From NCBI GenBank assembly GCA_022771625.1, contig JALFCW010000057.1:7119-71118 (forward strand): a stretch of DNA of 64,000 bases, in the 5' to 3' direction. A program made the translations under genes and the position numbers. A model generated the notes under the pieces. That model was given only the letters and a program-made list of their open reading frames with translations. It had not been told where the DNA came from and searched no databases. The stretch comes from Prevotella sp. (GTDB lineage Bacteria; Bacteroidota; Bacteroidia; Bacteroidales; Bacteroidaceae). Positions 45,750 to 55,335 of this stretch are shown in pieces (within the stretch, counting starts at the first letter, position 1; every line of letters starts with the position of its first letter).

Positions 45750-46919
45750 ATGGCAAAGAGAGATTACTATGAGGTGCTTGGCATTGACAAAAGTGCCTCG
45801 GAAGACGAAATAAAGAAGGCATATCGAAAGATTGCCATCAAATACCACCCCGACCGCAACCCTGGCGACAAGGAGGCTGAGGAAAAGTTTAAGGAGGCGG
45901 CTGAAGCTTACGACGTGTTGCACGACCCGCAGAAGCGTCAGCAGTACGACCAGTTTGGATTCAACGGACCAGGTGCAGGCTTTGGTGGAGGCGGTTTCAG
46001 TGGTGGAGCAAGTATGAACATGGACGATATCTTCTCTATGTTCGGCGACATCTTCGGTGGTCATGCCGGATTTGGCGGGTTTAGCGGATTCGGCGGTGGC
46101 GGACAAAGACAACCGCAGCAGCACCGCGGCAACGACTTACGTCTGAAGGTAAGACTGACCTTGAGCGAGATAGCCACTGGAGTTACCAAGAAATTCAAGG
46201 TGAAGAAGGATGTGGCATGCTCTCATTGCGGTGGTAGCGGTGCTGAATCAGGAAGTGGTATGGATACATGCCAAACCTGCCACGGTAATGGTTATATCAC
46301 ACACACCACCCAGAGTATATTCGGAATGATGCAGACACAAGGTGTCTGTCCCACCTGTGGAGGAGAAGGTAAGGTGATTAAGAACAAGTGTCATGAGTGT
46401 GGTGGCAGCGGTGTAGTAAAAGGCGAGGAGCTTGTGGAAATCAATATCCCCGCAGGAGTTGCCCAGGGTATGATTGTCAATGTTCCAGGCAAGGGTAATG
46501 CAGGACGACGCAATGGTATCAATGGTGACATCCAGGTACTTATAGAGGAAGAGCCCAACGACACATTCGTAAGGGACGGAAACAACCTTATATATAACCT
46601 TTTGCTCGATTTCCCTACAGCGGCATTGGGCGGCGATGTGGAGATTCCCACAATCTCTGGCGGTAAGGTTAGAATGAAGGTTGAACCTGGCACACAACCC
46701 GGCAAGACACTCCGACTAAGAGGCAAAGGTCTGCCTGCTGTGCAGGGTTATGGCAGAGGCAATGGCGATTTGATTGTCAACATCAGTGTGTATGTGCCGA
46801 AGACTCTCAGTCGCGACGAGAAAAAGGCTCTCGAAGCAATGAAGAACAGTGACAACTTCAAGGGCGACTCGGCCACAAAGCAGTCGATATTCCAGAAATT
46901 CAGGAATTACTTCAACTAA
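45750..46919 (+). CDS. dnaJ: molecular chaperone DnaJ
   Basis: 389 aa. J-domain ([36 protein letters not shown]), a G/F-rich region and four CxxCxGxG zinc-finger repeats. Confidence 0.95.
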   Translation: MAKRDYYEVLGIDKSASEDEIKKAYRKIAIKYHPDRNPGDKEAEEKFKEAAEAYDVLHDPQKRQQYDQFGFNGPGAGFGGGGFSGGASMNMDDIFSMFGDIFGGHAGFGGFSGFGGGGQRQPQQHRGNDLRLKVRLTLSEIATGVTKKFKVKKDVACSHCGGSGAESGSGMDTCQTCHGNGYITHTTQSIFGMMQTQGVCPTCGGEGKVIKNKCHECGGSGVVKGEELVEINIPAGVAQGMIVNVPGKGNAGRRNGINGDIQVLIEEEPNDTFVRDGNNLIYNLLLDFPTAALGGDVEIPTISGGKVRMKVEPGTQPGKTLRLRGKGLPAVQGYGRGNGDLIVNISVYVPKTLSRDEKKALEAMKNSDNFKGDSATKQSIFQKFRNYFN

Positions 46920-46934
46920 TATAAGGTTTTGACT

Positions 46935-48257
46935 ATGACATACCGCGAGACCACAGAATATCTGTTCAACCAACTCCCTATGTTTGAGCGCAATGGCGAC
47001 AAAGGATACAAGAACGGACTTGATAACACCTTGTCGCTCGACGTACACTTTGGCCATCCACATTATTCATATAAGACTATACATGTGGCAGGCACCAACG
47101 GTAAGGGTTCATGCTCAAGTCTCATTGCTGCCGTACTGCAAATGGCTGGCTATAAGGTGGGACTTTATACATCGCCCCACCTAGTGGATTTCAGGGAGCG
47201 AATAAGGGTGAACGGCAGAATGGTGAGCGAGCTGTATGTCATAGACTTTGTTGAGAAAGAGCGCTCGTTCTTTGAACCGATGCGTCCGTCGTTCTTTGAA
47301 CTTACCACCGCAATGGCATTCAAATATTTTGAGGATATGAAGGTGGATATTGCAGTGATAGAAACAGGTCTTGGTGGAAGGCTTGACTGTACTAATATCA
47401 TCAATCCCATTCTGTCGATCATTACCAACATCAGTTTCGACCACACACAGTTTTTGGGTGATACTCTTGAAAAAATAGCAACCGAGAAGGCTGGAATTAT
47501 CAAGGACGATGTCCCTGTTATTATCGGTAATGCTAACGAAGAGACCAAACAAGTATTTTTGCGCAAGGCTCTCGCCACACATTCGCAGATAACATTCGCA
47601 CAGGATGAAAGAAACAAGGAAGTAGAAAATGTTAAGCAGATTTCCGACTCCACCTTATTATATAATACAAGGACATTTGGAGAAATCAAGAGCTCTCTCT
47701 GCGGCAGCTATCAGGAGGAAAATGTAAACACCGTTCTTGTGGCCATAAAGAACCTTATGAAGCAAGGCTTCCTCTGCGAATGTAAGACGGAGAAAGGGCT
47801 CGAAAGTATGCGTTATGATTTGTCAGAAGCATTCCTCAATGTCTCTAGTCTTACAGGTCTCAGAGGGAGATGGCAGCTGGTTAAGACCACCCCACGGGTG
47901 GTGTGCGACACTGGTCACAACTTCGCCGGATGGGAGTTTATCAGTAGGCAATTGCAGACAATCAATTGCAAACAGATGCATATAGTGTTCGGTATGGTAA
48001 ACGACAAAGATATCGACAATGTCATAAAACTGCTACCAAAGAAGGCATTATACTATTTTACTGAGGCAGACAACCATAGGGCCCTGCCTTGGCTCAATAT
48101 ACAGGAAAAAGCCATAGCAAATGGATTAATGGGAGGAGGTTATCCCACTGTAAAAGAGGCATTTGCAGCAGCTCTCAAACGAGCAGCACACGATGATTTT
48201 ATATTCGTAGGAGGTAGCAGTTATGTAGTTGCAGATTTCCTCCGAGACTGCATTTAG
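46935..48257 (+). CDS. folC: bifunctional folylpolyglutamate synthase / dihydrofolate synthase
   Basis: The track ORF starts at a TTG at 46929; the first ATG is at 46935. P-loop VAGTNGKGS, plus YTSPHLVDFRERI and the Mur-ligase-like layout. Confidence 0.88.
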   Translation: MTYRETTEYLFNQLPMFERNGDKGYKNGLDNTLSLDVHFGHPHYSYKTIHVAGTNGKGSCSSLIAAVLQMAGYKVGLYTSPHLVDFRERIRVNGRMVSELYVIDFVEKERSFFEPMRPSFFELTTAMAFKYFEDMKVDIAVIETGLGGRLDCTNIINPILSIITNISFDHTQFLGDTLEKIATEKAGIIKDDVPVIIGNANEETKQVFLRKALATHSQITFAQDERNKEVENVKQISDSTLLYNTRTFGEIKSSLCGSYQEENVNTVLVAIKNLMKQGFLCECKTEKGLESMRYDLSEAFLNVSSLTGLRGRWQLVKTTPRVVCDTGHNFAGWEFISRQLQTINCKQMHIVFGMVNDKDIDNVIKLLPKKALYYFTEADNHRALPWLNIQEKAIANGLMGGGYPTVKEAFAAALKRAAHDDFIFVGGSSYVVADFLRDCI

Positions 48258-48364
48258 GTGTTTTTAACACACAAAAAACATTTTTTTTGCTGATAAACTT
48301 GTATATGTCGGATTTTTTTTGTTACTTTGCAGACAAGATTATAAATAACTAAAAATATACGATT

Positions 48365-49456
48365 ATGGCAAGTAATTCAGAAACAGCGAACTTGTGTGGT
48401 CTGAATCGTAAAGATTTCCAGACCACCATCAACGGTAAGAAAACCGATTTATACATTTTGCGTAACCGCAAAGGTTACGAAGTGGCAATCTCCAATTATG
48501 GCGGCGCTATCTGCGCAATCATGGTTCCCGACAAGGATGGCAATGTAGCCAATGTTATCCAGGGTTTCGACAGCATTCAGGCTCTTGTTGAAACCAACGA
48601 GATTTATCGCTCCACTCTCATCGGACGTTATGGTAACCGTATCTGCAAGGGTAAGTTCACCCTTAACGGCAAGGAATATCAATTGGCGCTCAACGATGGT
48701 CCTAACCATCTTCACGGAGGTAACAAGGGCTATAATATGAGAGTGTGGGATGCCCGTCAGATGGGTCCTCGCTCATTGGCTCTCAACTATACTTCACCCT
48801 ATGGCGAGGAAGGATTCTCGGGCGAGGTGAAGTTGACAGTTGAATTTACATTTACTGATGATAACGAACTTGTTATCGAGTATCTCGCCACAACAAACAA
48901 GAAGACAATCATCTGTCTCACCCATCACGCATTCTTCTCATTGGCAGGTATTGCCAATCCTACTCCTACAATTGAGGAGCAGATTTGTCAGATCAATGCA
49001 GATTTCTATCTTCCTATTGACAACACCAGTATTCCTACCGGAGAAATTCTCAAGGTGGAGGGCACTCCATTTGACTTCCGCACACCGAAGGCATTCGGAC
49101 TTGAAATTGACGCTGACAACGAGCAGATCAAGAACGGAACCGGTTATGACCACAACTATGTGCTCAATAAGAAAGAAGAGGGTGAACTGAGTTTTGCCGC
49201 AAAGGTAGTAGAACCCAAGAGCGGACGTTCGCTGGAGGTTTACACCACAGAACCAGGCGTTCAGCTTTACACAGCCAATTTCTGTAATGGTGCTGTCGGT
49301 CAGCATGGTGCCACATTCCCCAAGCGCTCTGCCGTTTGTCTTGAGTGTCAGCACTTCCCCGACTCTCCCAACCGTCCTTATTTCCCGTCGGTTATCCTGC
49401 GCCCTACAGAGCAGTATAAGCAGAAGACAATCTATAAGTTTGGAGTAGAAAAATAA
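48365..49456 (+). CDS. galM: aldose 1-epimerase (galactose mutarotase), cytoplasmic form
   Basis: 363 aa with no signal peptide. Mutarotase motifs GRYGNRI, NHLHGG, THHAFF and YDHNYVL. It lies in a galM-transporter-galK arrangement. Confidence 0.88.
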   Translation: MASNSETANLCGLNRKDFQTTINGKKTDLYILRNRKGYEVAISNYGGAICAIMVPDKDGNVANVIQGFDSIQALVETNEIYRSTLIGRYGNRICKGKFTLNGKEYQLALNDGPNHLHGGNKGYNMRVWDARQMGPRSLALNYTSPYGEEGFSGEVKLTVEFTFTDDNELVIEYLATTNKKTIICLTHHAFFSLAGIANPTPTIEEQICQINADFYLPIDNTSIPTGEILKVEGTPFDFRTPKAFGLEIDADNEQIKNGTGYDHNYVLNKKEEGELSFAAKVVEPKSGRSLEVYTTEPGVQLYTANFCNGAVGQHGATFPKRSAVCLECQHFPDSPNRPYFPSVILRPTEQYKQKTIYKFGVEK

Positions 49457-49487
49457 TAATCAAGTATTAATAGCCAAAAATAGAATT

Positions 49488-50795
49488 ATGTCTGAAACAC
49501 AGAAGAAACAGGGAAGTTTCATTGCGATAATCACAATGTTTTTCCTGTATGCGATGATTTCGTTTGTTACAAACCTGGCTGCACCTATTGGGGTTATTTG
49601 GAAGAACCAACCTGAAATTGGCGGTAGCAACCTGCTGGGTATGATGGGTAACTTCATGAATTTCTTTGCCTATCTTTTTATGGGAATTCCAGCAGGAAAA
49701 CTCCTTACAAAGATTGGTTATAAGAAAACCGCCCTCTTAGGTATTGGTGTAGGATTCTTTGGCGTTCTTATCCAATTCCTGTCTGGTACTGCCTCTGGCT
49801 TGAATGGATTCTATATTTATCTGTTAGGAGCCTTTATCTCAGGTTTTTCGGTATGTCTTCTCAACACAGTTGTCAACCCGATGCTCAACCTTCTAGGAGG
49901 TGGCGGTAATCGCGGTAATCAGCTGAATCTCATTGGAGGTACACTGAATTCATTATCTGGAACATTAACCCCGATGTTTGTAGGTGCACTTATCGGAACA
50001 GTGACAGCGAGCACACAGATGGCTGATGTCAACCTTGTGCTTTTCATTGCAATGGGTGTCTTTGCCGCAGCCTTCTTTGTACTGCTCTTCATCCCTATTG
50101 AAGACCCGTCGATAGGTAAGGTAACAGCAGAGACAAAATTCGAACATTCTCCTTGGGCTTTCCGTCATTGTGTGTTGGGCGTCATTGCAATCTTCGTGTA
50201 TGTAGGTGTTGAGGTAGGTATTCCCGGAACTCTCAACTTCTATATTTCTGACACAAGCGACAAGGGTGCTGGCATCCTCGAGAATGCAGCTGCCGTAGGT
50301 GGTTTTGTTGCAGGTACATACTGGTTGCTGATGCTTGTGGGTCGTTTCGTTGCCGGATTCATTGCCGACAAGGTTTCTTCCAAGATGCTTATGCTAGCTA
50401 CAAGTGGTATCGGAATGTTGCTCATCATCGGTGCAATGTTTGTTCCGAAAGATGTTACAGCTACTATGCCTTTGTTCACTGGTAGTTCATTTGAGGTGAT
50501 GGTAGTGCCATTGAGCGCTCTCCTACTCGTTCTCTGCGGTCTTTGCACCTCAGTAATGTGGGCATCGATATTCAACCTTGCTACAGAGGGACTTGGCAAA
50601 TATACCGCCCAGGCATCTGGCATCTTCATGATGATGGTAGTTGGTGGTGGTGTTCTGCCACTTATCCAGAACTATATTGCCGACAATGCAGGTTACATGG
50701 TTAGCTACATCGTTCCTCTTTTGGCCATGGCCTACATGTTCTGGTATGCCCTTGCAGGTTCGAAGAACGTCAACACCGATATCCCTGTAGAGTAA
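49488..50795 (+). CDS. MFS sugar transporter (glucose/galactose, FucP/GluP type)
   Basis: 435 aa with about 12 TM segments, located between galM and galK. Confidence 0.75.
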   Translation: MSETQKKQGSFIAIITMFFLYAMISFVTNLAAPIGVIWKNQPEIGGSNLLGMMGNFMNFFAYLFMGIPAGKLLTKIGYKKTALLGIGVGFFGVLIQFLSGTASGLNGFYIYLLGAFISGFSVCLLNTVVNPMLNLLGGGGNRGNQLNLIGGTLNSLSGTLTPMFVGALIGTVTASTQMADVNLVLFIAMGVFAAAFFVLLFIPIEDPSIGKVTAETKFEHSPWAFRHCVLGVIAIFVYVGVEVGIPGTLNFYISDTSDKGAGILENAAAVGGFVAGTYWLLMLVGRFVAGFIADKVSSKMLMLATSGIGMLLIIGAMFVPKDVTATMPLFTGSSFEVMVVPLSALLLVLCGLCTSVMWASIFNLATEGLGKYTAQASGIFMMMVVGGGVLPLIQNYIADNAGYMVSYIVPLLAMAYMFWYALAGSKNVNTDIPVE

Positions 50796-50837
50796 ATTAT
50801 TATAATATAATGTAGAACACTTAAAAGACGATCGACT

Positions 50838-51998
50838 ATGGACATTGAATTTGTAAGAAGCCGTTTTATTAAGCATTTCGACGGCAAGACAGGTAACATA
50901 TACGCCTCACCAGGTCGTATCAACCTGATTGGTGAGCACACCGACTACAATGGTGGTTTTGTATTTCCAGGTGCCGTTGACAAAGGCATGATGTGTGAAA
51001 TTCGTCCTAATGGCACAGATACCATACAGGCCTACTCTATCGACCTCAAGGATCGCGTGGAGTTCAAGGTTGACGATCCCAATGGTCCCCGTGCAAGTTG
51101 GGCACGCTACATCTATGGCGTGGTGCAGGAAATGCGCAAGTTGGGAGTGGATGTGAAGGGATTCAACACAGCCTTTGCAGGCGACGTTCCTCTCGGAGCG
51201 GGAATGTCTTCTTCAGCCGCTCTTGAGAGTTGCTTCGCATTTGCCATCAACGACCTGTTTGCCGACAACCGTATCTCCAAGTGGGATCTCGTGTTGGTAG
51301 GTCAGGCCACAGAGCACAACTACTGCGGAGTAAACTGTGGTATTATGGATCAGTTTGCAAGTGTGTTCGGAAAGGCAGGTTGCCTCATGCGCCTTGACTG
51401 CCGCAGTCGCGAGTTTGAATATTTCCCATTCATGCCCGAAGGCTATAAGCTCGTTCTGCTCGACTCAGTCGTTAAGCACGAATTGGCTGGTTCACCTTAC
51501 AATGACCGTCGCAACAGTTGCGAGAATGTGGTTAAGCACATTGCTGCCAAGCATCCGGAAGGCACATTCGAGACTTTGCGCGACTGCACATGGGAGCAGC
51601 TTGAGGAAGTGAAGGCAGAGGTAGGCGAAGAGGATTATCGTCGTGCCAAGTTTGTCCTCGGCGAGAAAGATCGCGTACTTGCAGTGTGCGAGGCTCTGAA
51701 CGAGGGCGACTATGAGACCGTAGGTCAGAAGATGTATGAGACTCACGAAGGCCTTTCCAAAGACTATGAAGTGTCATGCGAGGAACTTGATTTCCTCAAC
51801 GATATAGCCAAGGAAAACGGAGTAACAGGTAGCCGTATTATGGGTGGCGGATTTGGAGGTTGTACAATCAACCTTGTCAAGGCAAACATCTACAACAAGT
51901 TTATTGCTGATGCCAAGGCCAAATTTGCAGCAAAATACGGACATGAGCCTAAGGTATATGACGTGGTTATTGGCGATGGTTCAAGAAAGATCTGCTAA
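50838..51998 (+). CDS. galK: galactokinase
   Basis: 386 aa. Galactokinase signature GRINLIGEHTDYNGG, GHMP motif PLGAGMSSSAALE and GGGFGGCTINLV. Confidence 0.95.
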   Translation: MDIEFVRSRFIKHFDGKTGNIYASPGRINLIGEHTDYNGGFVFPGAVDKGMMCEIRPNGTDTIQAYSIDLKDRVEFKVDDPNGPRASWARYIYGVVQEMRKLGVDVKGFNTAFAGDVPLGAGMSSSAALESCFAFAINDLFADNRISKWDLVLVGQATEHNYCGVNCGIMDQFASVFGKAGCLMRLDCRSREFEYFPFMPEGYKLVLLDSVVKHELAGSPYNDRRNSCENVVKHIAAKHPEGTFETLRDCTWEQLEEVKAEVGEEDYRRAKFVLGEKDRVLAVCEALNEGDYETVGQKMYETHEGLSKDYEVSCEELDFLNDIAKENGVTGSRIMGGGFGGCTINLVKANIYNKFIADAKAKFAAKYGHEPKVYDVVIGDGSRKIC

Positions 51999-52031
51999 TA
52001 AACTTTATAATTATCGTAAATAAGTCTGACC

Positions 52032-52109
52032 GCATGTAATTGACATGCATGAACACATACTAAATTCAAAGGGGGGATAGCACGACGTGATGTCATACTG
52101 TTCCCCTTT
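52032..52109 (+). terminator. two hairpins downstream of galK (candidate terminator region)
   Basis: GCATGTaattgACATGC (52032-52048), then AAAGGGG..28 nt..CCCCTTT (52068-52109) followed by a T-rich run (TTTTCTTTTCT). Confidence 0.35.
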
Positions 52110-52157
52110 TCTTTTCTCCCTAACTACAACCTATTCATAGTTAACAGAACTTAAATA

Positions 52158-52194
52158 AGTGTACGAACTACAATAAAAGTGTAAAAAATACACT
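52158..52194. promoter_or_regulatory. two tandem palindromic sites AGTGTA-N5-TACA(A/C)T, candidate AraR (NrtR-family) operators
   Basis: AGTGTAcgaacTACAAT (52158-52174) and AGTGTAaaaaaTACACT (52178-52194; perfect 6+6 palindrome). The starts are exactly 20 nt apart, 109-145 nt upstream of the first gene of the ara cluster. Confidence 0.4.
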
Positions 52195-52244
52195 ATTAAC
52201 GAAAAAAAAAGGAGAAAATGCATTGTCAATTCAAATCTTTATTG

Positions 52245-52252
52245 TAATTTTA
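52245..52252 (+). promoter_or_regulatory. near-consensus -7 box (TAatTTTA, followed by CACCC) for the arabinose cluster
   Basis: TAATTTTACACCC resembles the TAnnTTTGCACCC boxes at 19550 and 43340 with one G-to-A change. It lies about 51 nt upstream of the ATG at 52303. Confidence 0.3.
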
Positions 52253-52302
52253 CACCCGAAAAAAGCAATCATGCAATATCAACAACTAAAAACATCATAA
52301 AG

Positions 52303-53472
52303 ATGAAGAAAATTAAGACATCATGCTATGCATTTGGCTTGGCCATCGCAATGATGGCAAGTTGCCAGTCAGGACAGAAAGTTGCGGACACCACCGTGTC
52401 AGGACTTAATCCTGCAGCCTTTGACTCAACAATCAACGGTAAGAAAACCGCGTTGTTCACTCTCAAGAACTCCAATGGAATGGAGGTTTGTATCACCAAT
52501 TTCGGTGCTCGTGTAGTGTCTCTTGTTGTACCTGACAAGGACGGTAAGCCCACAGACGTAGTATTAGGCTACGACAACATCGCCCAGTATGCCGACATTG
52601 AGAATTCTCCCAGTGATTTTGGTTCATCGGTAGGACGTTATGCGAACCGTATCAACCAGGGTAAGATTACAGTAGATGGCAAGGAGTATCAATTGCCACA
52701 GAACAATTTTGGACATTGCTTGCACGGAGGTCCTACGGGATGGATGTATCAGGTGTATGAGGCAGAACAGGTAAATGACTCTACCCTAAAGATGACAATC
52801 GTGTCACCCGATGGAGACAACGGATTCCCTGGCACAGTCACAGCAACAACTACTTATACCTTGCTCAGCAACAACACTCTCGACATCGTTTGGGAGGCAA
52901 CAACCGACAAGGAGACAGTCATCAATCAAACCAACCACAGCTATTTCAACCTCAACGGCGACCCGTCTAAGCCAGGTATGAATATGGTGCTTTATGTGAA
53001 TGCCGACAACTACACCCCGGCAGACGCCACCTATATGACCACAGGCGAAATAGCCCCAGTTGAAGGCACACCAATGGATTTCCGCAAGGCACATGCCATT
53101 GAGGAGACCATAGTTGACACTACCTTCCAGCAGATTAAGAATGCCTCTGGTTATGACCACAACTGGTGTCTTAACACATATAAGGATGGTAAGGGTGACG
53201 ACACAAAGGTGTGTGCATCCCTCTACTCTCCCGTCACCGGCATCTTCCTTGAGATGTACACCAACGAACCTGGAGTACAGGTTTATACCGGCAACTTCCA
53301 GGGCACAGGTATAGCCTGCAAGCACGGCATCAAGTATCCCAAGCAAGTGTCAGTATGTCTCGAGAGCCAGAAATACCCCGACTCCCCCAACAAGAAGGAT
53401 TGGCCGCAGCCATATCTCAAACCGGGCGAGAAGTATTACAGCCACTGCGCATATAAGTTTAGCGTGAAATAA
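52303..53472 (+). CDS. aldose 1-epimerase with a lipoprotein-type signal peptide (exported mutarotase)
   Basis: 389 aa. N-terminus MKKIKTSCYAFGLAIAMMASC. Mutarotase motifs GRYANRI, HCLHGG, TNHSYFNL and YDHNWCL. Confidence 0.85.
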   Translation: MKKIKTSCYAFGLAIAMMASCQSGQKVADTTVSGLNPAAFDSTINGKKTALFTLKNSNGMEVCITNFGARVVSLVVPDKDGKPTDVVLGYDNIAQYADIENSPSDFGSSVGRYANRINQGKITVDGKEYQLPQNNFGHCLHGGPTGWMYQVYEAEQVNDSTLKMTIVSPDGDNGFPGTVTATTTYTLLSNNTLDIVWEATTDKETVINQTNHSYFNLNGDPSKPGMNMVLYVNADNYTPADATYMTTGEIAPVEGTPMDFRKAHAIEETIVDTTFQQIKNASGYDHNWCLNTYKDGKGDDTKVCASLYSPVTGIFLEMYTNEPGVQVYTGNFQGTGIACKHGIKYPKQVSVCLESQKYPDSPNKKDWPQPYLKPGEKYYSHCAYKFSVK

Positions 53473-53517
53473 TTTAATCCTAACTGAAATAATAATTTTT
53501 TAGCACTAATTGAAAAA

Positions 53518-55242
53518 ATGAATTGGACATCAACAGAATTTATCTGGCTTGACTGGTTGGTACTCGCCATTGGTATCCTTGGCGTTGTATGGGCAGTTTG
53601 GAGAGCCATTGTGAAGGACAAGCAAGCACAGCAGGGTGAAGATTCCTCTGCTTACCTCTTCGGTAAGGGTGAACCCTGGTATGTAATCGGTATGGCTATC
53701 TTCGCCGCCAACATCGGTAGTGAGCACCTTGTAGGTCTCGCTGGTACCGGTGCGAAGAGCGGTGTGGGTATGGCTCACTGGGAGATGCAGGGATGGATGA
53801 TCCTCATCCTCGGTTGGTTATTCGTACCGTTCTATCAGCTTCTCATCAACAAGATGGGTAAGATTATCACTATGCCCGACTTCCTTAAGTTCCGCTACAC
53901 CCAGCGCACTGGTTCATGGCTGTCGATTATCACCCTCGTTGCCTACATCCTCACAAAGGTGAGCGTAACCGCCCTCACTGGTGGTATCTTCTTCGAGTAC
54001 CTCTGGGGCTTGAATTTCTGGGCAGGAGCCATCGGTCTTATCATCCTCACCACCATCTTTACCGTATTTGGAGGTATGAAGGGAGTGATGACACTTTCTA
54101 CCATTCAGACTCCTATTCTTGTTATTGGTTCATTCCTTGTACTCTTCCTCGGTTTGGCCACCCTCGGTGGTGGTAGCATCGGTGAGGGATGGACAAGCAT
54201 GATGAACTATTGCAACCAGTTGAACAACGGTTATGGTACAACCCACATGTTCCACTGGGAGGCTGGTGACAGTATGTATCAGGAGTATCCTGGATTCGTA
54301 GTGTTCATCGGTGCCACCATCATCGGTTTCTGGTATTGGTGTACTGACCAGCACATTGTTCAGCGTGTACTCGGACAGGTACCTGGCGAGAGCAATGAGG
54401 AGGTGATGAAGCGTGCCCGCCGTGGTACTATCGCCGCCGGTTTCTTCAAGGTACTTCCTTGCTTCATGTTCCTTATCCCTGGTATGATTGCCGCTGCCTT
54501 GGCAGAGCAAGGTTCAATCGAGATGCAGGAGACCGACGCTGCCTTTGCCATCATGGTTAAGAACGTTCTTCCTGCCGGTATTAAGGGTATCGTTACCATT
54601 GGATTCATCTGCGCCCTTGTAGCATCACTTGCAGCATTCTTCAACAGCTGTGCAACCCTCTTCACCGAGGACTTCTACAAGCCCCTCAAGAAGGGCAAGA
54701 GCGAGGAGCATTATGTATTCGTAGGTCGTGTAGCCACCGTGGTAGTCGTAGTTCTTGGTTTTGCATGGTTGCCCATTATGATGAAGATGGACACACTCTA
54801 CAATTATCTCCAGGGCATCCAGTCGTTGCTTGCTCCAGCGATGGTAGCAGTGTTCGCTATGGGTATCTTCTCCAAGAAGATTACTCCTAAGTCAGGAGAA
54901 TACACGATGATCGTAGGCTTCCTCATTGGTATGGTACGCCTTGTTACCAATGTGATTACCGATACAGGAAAATCAGCAATGGATGGTGCTTTCTGGGATG
55001 CCACTGCATGGTTCTGGCAGACCAACTGGCTCGTTTTCGAGTGCTGGTTGCTCGTGTTCCTTATTATATTTATGATAGTAGTGAGCTGCTTCACTCCAGC
55101 TCCAAGCAAGGCACAGGTAGAGGCCATCACCTTCACTTCCGACTTCAAGAAGTCGATCCGTGAAAGCTGGGGCTGGTTTGACATCGTAGGAACCCTCGTT
55201 GTTATCGGTCTTTGCGCATGCTTCTACGCCTACTTCTGGTAA
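53518..55242 (+). CDS. sodium:solute symporter (SSS/SGLT family), probable pentose/arabinose uptake
   Basis: 574 aa with about 14 TM segments. SSS-type N-terminal region (FAANIGSEHLVGLAGTGA). It lies within the ara cluster. Confidence 0.8.
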   Translation: MNWTSTEFIWLDWLVLAIGILGVVWAVWRAIVKDKQAQQGEDSSAYLFGKGEPWYVIGMAIFAANIGSEHLVGLAGTGAKSGVGMAHWEMQGWMILILGWLFVPFYQLLINKMGKIITMPDFLKFRYTQRTGSWLSIITLVAYILTKVSVTALTGGIFFEYLWGLNFWAGAIGLIILTTIFTVFGGMKGVMTLSTIQTPILVIGSFLVLFLGLATLGGGSIGEGWTSMMNYCNQLNNGYGTTHMFHWEAGDSMYQEYPGFVVFIGATIIGFWYWCTDQHIVQRVLGQVPGESNEEVMKRARRGTIAAGFFKVLPCFMFLIPGMIAAALAEQGSIEMQETDAAFAIMVKNVLPAGIKGIVTIGFICALVASLAAFFNSCATLFTEDFYKPLKKGKSEEHYVFVGRVATVVVVVLGFAWLPIMMKMDTLYNYLQGIQSLLAPAMVAVFAMGIFSKKITPKSGEYTMIVGFLIGMVRLVTNVITDTGKSAMDGAFWDATAWFWQTNWLVFECWLLVFLIIFMIVVSCFTPAPSKAQVEAITFTSDFKKSIRESWGWFDIVGTLVVIGLCACFYAYFW

Positions 55243-55264
55243 TATATTCACAACACACTACTCA

Positions 55265-55310
55265 TGACGGGACGGCATAATACATACATAAGATGTAAGC
55301 CGTCCCGTCA
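55265..55310 (+). terminator. GC-rich 12-bp perfect stem hairpin between the symporter and araR (terminator or attenuator candidate)
   Basis: TGACGGGACGGC ..22 nt.. GCCGTCCCGTCA, 23 nt after the symporter stop. It is followed by an A-rich rather than a T-rich sequence. Confidence 0.45.
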
Positions 55311-55335
55311 ATAAAACAAAAATAAAAAGACATTT

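Noticed and set aside
48322-48329. TTACTTTG upstream of galM as a promoter -7 box
   Set aside because: The spacing is one nucleotide short of TAnnTTTG (it reads TA-C-TTTG). It may still be the promoter, but it does not meet the standard used for the other boxes.
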